Below, one piece after another: positions 63,043 through 64,000 of a stretch of DNA of 64,000 nucleotides (the first letter of the stretch is position 1; each line of letters begins with the position of its first letter). The stretch is from Sporopachydermia quercuum (lineage: Eukaryota): positions 930,001-994,000 of the forward strand of contig BCGN01000008.1 of NCBI GenBank assembly GCA_001599295.1, given 5' to 3'. A program made the translations under genes and the position numbers. The notes under the pieces are model-generated. The model was not told where the DNA came from, ran no database searches, and saw only the letters and a program-made list of their open reading frames with translations.

Positions 63043-63819
63043 GTATGTGACAAGATACTACTATGAAAGTAAGAATTGTCACTTACAATTAACATCGAAT
63101 CAGCATTTGAATATGATTTGGTTTTCATAGAACCTCTTCCACATGTTGAGATGTTGAGGTGTGTACATTACATGTGTTGAGAATTAGACCATGCAAGAAT
63201 AATACGTCTTCATGCGAAACTGAAACTCTAATTACTAAACTACCTTCTAGTAGGAGAGAAATTGAATGCGCTATACCGTTGCCTAAACGAAGCAATTATG
63301 AGTACGTTTGATATATTCAAAATAAGAATCTATACAGTTACTATTTTATTTTTTGCAACTTTATGATTCTATGCGCTCTTCTTTATTTTACTTCATTATT
63401 CTTACTGTTACCTGTGAAGCGATTGCAAACGTTAGGCATGTGAGCTTTGCATATCCCTACAGCCAATTGTATGTAATAACCTTAAGTTTAATTATCACCC
63501 CGAAAGTGAAAAAATCCAGAAAATGGTTACTTTTCATTTACATCTTACATTGCTAGTTGATAGTGCAAAGTAATCAGTTTATCGTACATTTGTTGTTTGC
63601 TTCTCCACGAAAAATTAAGAGTTATGTATTTGGAAAATATACATTTTGAAAATTAAATTTTCTGTCTATTAACAAAAGTAGAATAGAGATTGTAATTAAG
63701 CATTGATTTCAGTCTCCTTCTTATTGGATTCTGTCAGATACGATATTCGGCAATACAAAATTACTAAAAACCTATACCGGTCACACTAGGAGTAGATCGT
63801 TGAAATAATAATAATTACA

Positions 63820-64000
63820 ATGGCGTCTATATCAGGACAATCATTCACTACGAAAAGCAGTTTTAGTACTGATTATGCCGATGGTAGTCATGTTGTGAAT
63901 GTTAAGTTAAGATTAAATCTCAATGAACGTGAGATGGAAATGATCAGACGAACATGGACTCAAATGCTTAATGACGACGATACAGTAGCTTCCAGTTCGC
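63820..64000 (+). CDS. 5' end of a gene running off the window; probable fungal globin-like protein (YNL234W-like)
   Basis: ATG in good context (ACAATGG), open to the window edge. The translation LRLNLNEREMEMIRRTWTQML resembles the globin A-helix start of this family. Confidence 0.55.
   Translation, partial: MASISGQSFTTKSSFSTDYADGSHVVNVKLRLNLNEREMEMIRRTWTQMLNDDDTVASSS

Overview
This is AT-rich nuclear DNA from an intron-containing budding yeast (Saccharomycotina). Conserved Leu positions in MCM5 are encoded by CTG, so the standard genetic code applies. It is an ordinary housekeeping arm with 21 complete protein genes: MCM5, YSH1, RFX1, RLP7, an atypical CaMKK-family kinase, MTQ1, GCD10, ARP5, SRV2, NAM9, EAF7, FPR1, PAL1, MRP1, a Yip1-family gene, ERV46, CDC24, CIR2, GDS1, GAP1 and an SDR. 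It also holds the 5' end of a probable globin-like gene and one intron-containing tRNA-Trp. Twelve coding-region introns that the ORF track missed were reconstructed by hand in 7 genes. No mobile element, CRISPR array or horizontally acquired cluster was seen, and I cannot support a claim of a novel multi-gene system. The best leads are: (1) near-perfect spliceosomal introns in the long 5' leaders of RFX1, GDS1 and ARP5; (2) a kinase with HLD/DFS/SCE motif changes; (3) an isolated perfect 17-bp hairpin upstream of CDC24; (4) several gene blocks in the same order as S. cerevisiae, with a tRNA and a possible spliced ncRNA at the NOP2 position; (5) an N-distribution suggesting a heterozygous diploid with a ~18 kb homozygous tract. 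Gene identities and S. cerevisiae gene order come from recalled family motifs and systematic names, not from database searches.
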